This document shows positions 59,121 through 64,000 of a stretch of 64,000 nucleotides of DNA, in pieces (positions within the stretch are counted from its first letter, which is position 1; each line of letters begins with the position of its first letter). The notes below the pieces were generated by a model. That model searched no databases. It worked only from the letters and a program-made list of their open reading frames with translations, and was not told where the DNA came from. The position numbers and the translations under genes are program-made. Origin of the DNA: Macrostomum hystrix (taxonomy: Eukaryota > Animalia > Platyhelminthes); NCBI GenBank assembly GCA_950097015.1, contig CATNEN010000001.1:27404001-27468000 (forward strand), given 5' to 3'.

Positions 59121-60729
59121 GATGTAAGATATTTAAAATATATATTTCTTTACCAGGCATTGTACATTAGTAAGTTTTGACATCGTTTTTTAGTTTTGAT
59201 AGAAATCGTTTTAAATAATTGTTTTACGTCCCATTGGTTTTTATTCAGAAAGAAGATAAACCTAAATATTTAAACTAATGATTCAACATAAGAAGACCAT
59301 TTTGCATAGACTTTTGCATATAAAAGAGAATGCAAAAGTCAATATCAGATGTGTGTTGACGTCAACATACATAAAATATAGGAAAGCTGGTAATAGCTAG
59401 GGCAATACTTTTAGTACAGGCATATAAATCAAAATTAAAATTTATTTCCTTTTTCGAATTTTGTGAAGGAAGGCTGGGTAGCCTAGCTAGTTCTACGAGC
59501 ATAAAGAAATTATTTTTGTGACGATTTTTATCAAGAGGTGAAAAATTATTTTGTGTTGTTAAGATAAACATAAAAAAGAATACTTACTAGCGTTCGAAAG
59601 ATTTCTGACTTTTTCTTATCGATAAAGTGTTCAATGCGCTTAAAGTTAAAGTTAGATTAGGCCCCTATATCGATATGGTTAGAAATAATTTTTTACTTAA
59701 ATTCTGACTGCGAATTCCAAGACAAAAAAGTTAATATTCAAACAAAGTATTACAAACAATAAGCAGTGTTGCTAATCTTGTGAACTGAAACAGCTACTCA
59801 AAACCTTTTTAAAGCTTTGATAAGTTTTTTCTAATCTAAATCTTTAACATCTAATTTTAATTTTAATCTAAAAATGTACGATGTGTGCGACTATCGTAAC
59901 GATAATATATCAATAATATAATAATCAATAATATATCAATTATATATTGACTTCCCAGACCACATATTTGCCATATTCCGTGCATGGTCACTGGACTCTC
60001 TAGCTGCACGGTTCAGTAAGGCTTCGAACTGAAATATTGCGCTCATATCCCTTTGCTAAGCATTTATTTTGCGAATATTTTTCATATTTTTCCTCTTACT
60101 TTTCATTCTCGCCAAAAGAAATCAATCGCGAGTAACAGTTTATCAAGGACAACGAAAGTTACATTATTAAAAGTCCCTTCAGTGTCCTTACTGTTTATAT
60201 ACTTTCTACATCCATCTATGAATAGCTCTATATGAACAGAATTGCTTCCCTCACTGGCTGTGTGGATCTACGTGTCACCAAATGATGTGCCATTTTGCCA
60301 GCTCTCCTGCAGTATTTTTATCATTAGTATTATAGATAATGATGTGTCCAAACTCGATCCCGAAACCTTGCGTATAATTTTACTCTTTCGATCCCCTATT
60401 ACCTGCCAGTTGTCCCCATTGAATTGTAAGGGAGCCTGGTGATCGAAGCACGTGACTCGATGAGTCATCCGGCCCTGAATCCATCAGACCGCTCAAAAAC
60501 ACCTCCGCTTCCCATTGTTCTGGTTCACTCAAGCGTGACGAGCGCTTTTAAATTTCCTTTTAATTTACTCGAATTTTCCTTCGAAATGTTCCCCAATGTA
60601 ATCCCCATGTGAATTTATTCATCTTCCCAATCTAGTTATGCTTAAGACAAATATATTCATTAGTAAATTTGATAATTAATAAGTAAATGTATATTGAATT
60701 AGCTATCGCGCAACTGTTATGTAATATCA

Positions 60730-60890
60730 CCGGCCCGCCCCACCTCCTCTGAAGCTTACTGTACAACGTCGGGCCAATCAGAGCGCGCGGCAGGGCACGG
60801 TAGTACACTGCGCAGGGTCAAGGCTGCAGGGTCAACCGAGACTTTCCGTCACGCGGTTCACGTGCGTGGTGCGTGAATTCGGCCCGATAT
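60730..60890. promoter_or_regulatory. CpG-rich promoter with GC box, CCAAT box and E-box; possibly shared by beta-catenin and INSIG
   Basis: GGCCCGCCCC at ~60732, GCCAATCA at ~60773, TCACGTG at ~60858. Outward-facing splice-donor-like sites at ~60403 (minus) and ~61138 (plus). Confidence 0.5.
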
Positions 60891-62205
60891 AATCTCGCTA
60901 GTTTTTCCCCCAAACCTGTTCGTTGATTCGTCCCGTACCTTTGACGACCTTCGTACGTCCGACGTTCCGCCTTCACACACACTTCTTTGGTCCCTGATAA
61001 TATTGATTCTCCATTCCCCCGAGTCGTAACGACAAGCCATCGCCCCTGAAGATCAACGACGGTCGGCCTTGAGCCCAGCCGCTGACCCTGCAGTACAACC
61101 GAGTCCAGCTGCAATCTTGTTGAGCCCGACGCAATAAGGTATTTACTTTTTGCTTTTGACCGCAATGGGCAGCATGCAGTTTCCCCAATCATTTATCTCT
61201 ATAAATCATTGCCAGTGTGGAGCCATTTGCTCATGGGTGAAAATAGAAGATAATTTATTAATGCAACTCTAATATAAATACGGACGCACTTTTCGCTAGC
61301 GGCAACCCAGCCGCGGCAACCCAACCGGAGCCCCTGCCTCGTTTATTTAGTTTTGAAGTCTAGAACCGCATAGGCCGGGTGGTGGCTGATCTACTTTGAG
61401 TAGTCCCTTCCCTAAAACTCGCTGGCTAGAATTAGAGTAGACAATGGGACCGTGGCCAATAGGACCACAAAACCAGCTACCAACCATCACTAGTGCGGGT
61501 GCTTCTGGGGGAGTAAGATCCCCATCTACCTTGGGATCAGCACCGTGGGATTTCGCAGTGCAACCTAATAACTGGCCTTATTGACCTTAACCGGCCCCTG
61601 GCCTTTTGCTGTTGTGAATTTCCTAAACTCAAAGATATTATATAGATTTAATTCTATTGGAATGACTGACATTTACATCACTTGGGTCAAGTCCCAATTA
61701 GAGATTAGGTAGTCACAAGAACTGCAAACTCTTCCGCCTTGTCGGGTGGGCATTAGAAAGAGTTAAAAAAGTATAAACAATGTTGCAATAGTCGATGTAA
61801 ATAAATGTGCTTTACATTTGCGCAACTTTCCGTGTTCTAGCTCTGATCTCTTCTCTTTTTCAGAGAAGATAAGAGATACGCTGATACGCGTTTCAAAAGT
61901 ATCTGTTTCATTGTCACTTTTTGCTACTTAAAGTAAGAAAACTAGCAAACGACAGGCCTTTAGAAAGACTTGACCAGCGAGAAGCTTTCTTATTGGCTGG
62001 CGAAAAGGGAATTCCTTAGGTTTAGAAAAGGATCGTTGAGGTCATCTCACAAAAGCTATATTAATTCTGCTTGAAATCCAGTTAAGCTATTCCAACAAAG
62101 AAAAGCAGACTGTAATCGCTGCTTGCCCGAAAACCTAAAGCTAGCTTTGTTTTAAATAGATTTTTTAATCGAAGCAATATCTAATACTAATAGTTAATAT
62201 TAATA

Positions 62206-62377
62206 ATGTCAGCCAAGTTTATCATCCGAGTTTGCCTTCTATTCCTAATGGGCGTTGGCGTCAGCCTGCTCATCAATGTCATTCAGGCGCAGCGAAGCCA
62301 CACCCTGATCACATCCGAGTGGCTCGGCCCCATTAAGTCCGGCATGTGGGTGCCACCCGTGTGCGGCATCTCATCCG
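62206..62377 (+). CDS. INSIG: Insulin-induced gene protein, first coding exon (remainder not found in the window)
   Basis: IIRVCLLFLMGVGVSLLINVIQAQR...WVPPVCG matches the INSIG pattern RGVVLFxxGVFLALVLNLLQIQR..WVPPCCG. Donor G|gtaagc. Confidence 0.85.
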
Positions 62378-64000
62378 GTAAGCTTTCTCTCAGTTATTTG
62401 ACCGCATGACTACATGAAAAATACCAAATAAACCAAGAAAACAAAGCCAAGTTTAGTTTTTAAGATATTTTACGAGATCTCGTAGAAGAAACTAGCTTGA
62501 TAACTGTTAATCTGCAATTATTTGTCAACTTTCACTTCGTATTATTATATTATTTACATTTTTTAAGTTATCTTTTGGGTGAAATATCAGTGCATCTACT
62601 TTAGTTATTGGGCCATCTACGCGCAAATAAGCCTTTTGGAATAAAAACGATTGTTAATCCTATCCTGTTCGTGTCTCATACCAGTAGGTTGATCTTTTTG
62701 AGTTGTTTTTATCCCTTATTTTTTATCTGATAAATGTATCTTAGACTTACTTATTTTATATTATTTTAACTTTTATCCCAGTTATTTACCTTATATGTTT
62801 TTATTCATTAATTATGATTTAGCACATACTTACTTTTATTATTTCGCTAATAATAATCTATAAAATTTTTGGCGTGTGTACTTTGCAAATGATTTCCCTG
62901 ATCCGAATTCAGTTTAGATTGCGCCTCGCTTGTAGAACTCTTGGGTGGGGTGAGCAAAGGAGATTCCCCCTAGGTCCCGCCCCGACCTTGGTTTATTCTA
63001 GGCCAGCGTAGGGAGTTTCCCGACCTTCACAATCTGGCAAGTTCGCTTGTCTTTCTCTCTTACCCATTAAAAGACGCAAAGGCACGATCTGGTGGCGTGA
63101 TGTGCTTGCAGTGCTGGGGGTTTCTCATCTGGCGTGTTTTGAGGTTGGGTCGCAAAGTACGCACGCAGAGCGCGATTCACCCCACACACGCACTCTGCTA
63201 CCCAACACACCCCAAAATTTCAGCCTTGCCTCTCTAGTCTCTTGTCGCTTGTGAACTGAAATGACGCCACTCCAAGGCTAGGGTGGCACGGCCTCTTAGT
63301 TCGGCCGCACTCCAACAGTCCACACCACACACGAAAAAAAACCAACTGGTAGTTCGTGTGCAGTACAGGCTGGCCAAGCTTGTTAGATTAGAACTGGAGG
63401 TGATGGGGTTGGTTAGGGGTAGCCTGACTGCGAACTTGTCTGGTCTCGCTGAACAGTCTAAACGATCGCGCGACTATCTAATGCGTTTTAAGTATTTTTA
63501 AAGCCTTCGCTATTCTGAGAGCAGCATTTTTTAGAAAGGGGTTGGTCTTTTGCTGGTGTTTTGTCGTTTTTGTTGACTATTTACTTTTCAAGAAAGTTTC
63601 AAGAAATAAATTTATATTTAAATAGGGTATAGCCAGTCAGGACTGCGGACTCAGTCAGAGTTGAGATTACTCAGCCAAGTTTTTAAACAGATTTGGCTCT
63701 TCGCCTTAGCTTGTTTTTGGAATTAGCTTGGAATTTTTATTATCTGTCACATGCTTATTAATATTATGTCGAATAGTTCAAAGTACGATTCGAGTGGGTG
63801 GAACGACTGAGTGCTCAAGAAGGGCGATTCTAATCGCATCGCAAGTTCTACTACTGACTCAAGATTCACAAACACAATGTCACATGTTTCAATATGCGCG
63901 CTTTCAGTTGTTGTTACACTGCTGTTGTTTAAGCTGAAGCTTGTCGATTGCGCTGATGTGCTGCACTTTATTATTATTTAATGCAGCAGACACGATATTT

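Noticed and set aside
62880-63500. GC-richer segment in the INSIG intron, possibly an LTR or an exon
   Set aside because: No termini, TSD or INSIG-like reading frame that I could confirm.

Overview
Eukaryotic (animal) genomic DNA with spliceosomal GT-AG introns, GC-rich exons and a very high load of short tandem repeats. The overall style suggests a free-living flatworm such as Macrostomum (inference only). Genes I could splice together in frame: a C-type-lectin-like membrane protein (3290-4525; last exon of a tandem paralog at 548-902), RPS7, LIN28, three MARVEL-domain paralogs, mitochondrial SOD2, an atonal-class bHLH gene, a beta-catenin, and the first coding exon of INSIG. Mobile DNA: a 5.9-kb TIR element with a 9-bp TSD that encloses a retroelement-like cargo with 1.4-kb direct repeats, a 5'-truncated RTE-type LINE, eight copies of one tRNA-derived SINE, CORE-type SINEs, and hAT, CMC, MULE/Merlin-like and pogo-like non-autonomous elements plus a Merlin relic. 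About 25 minisatellite arrays account for most of the long repetitive ORFs in the track. Most notable observations: (1) an intact accessory ORF split by one UGA in a CARYYA readthrough context; (2) junctions of the retro-like cargo that look like a recombined circle; (3) every coding-region intron from 27 to 54 kb is filled by its own minisatellite; (4) domain-specific CpG decay; (5) a beta-catenin that looks signalling-specialised. All coordinates were read by eye; no database searches were run.
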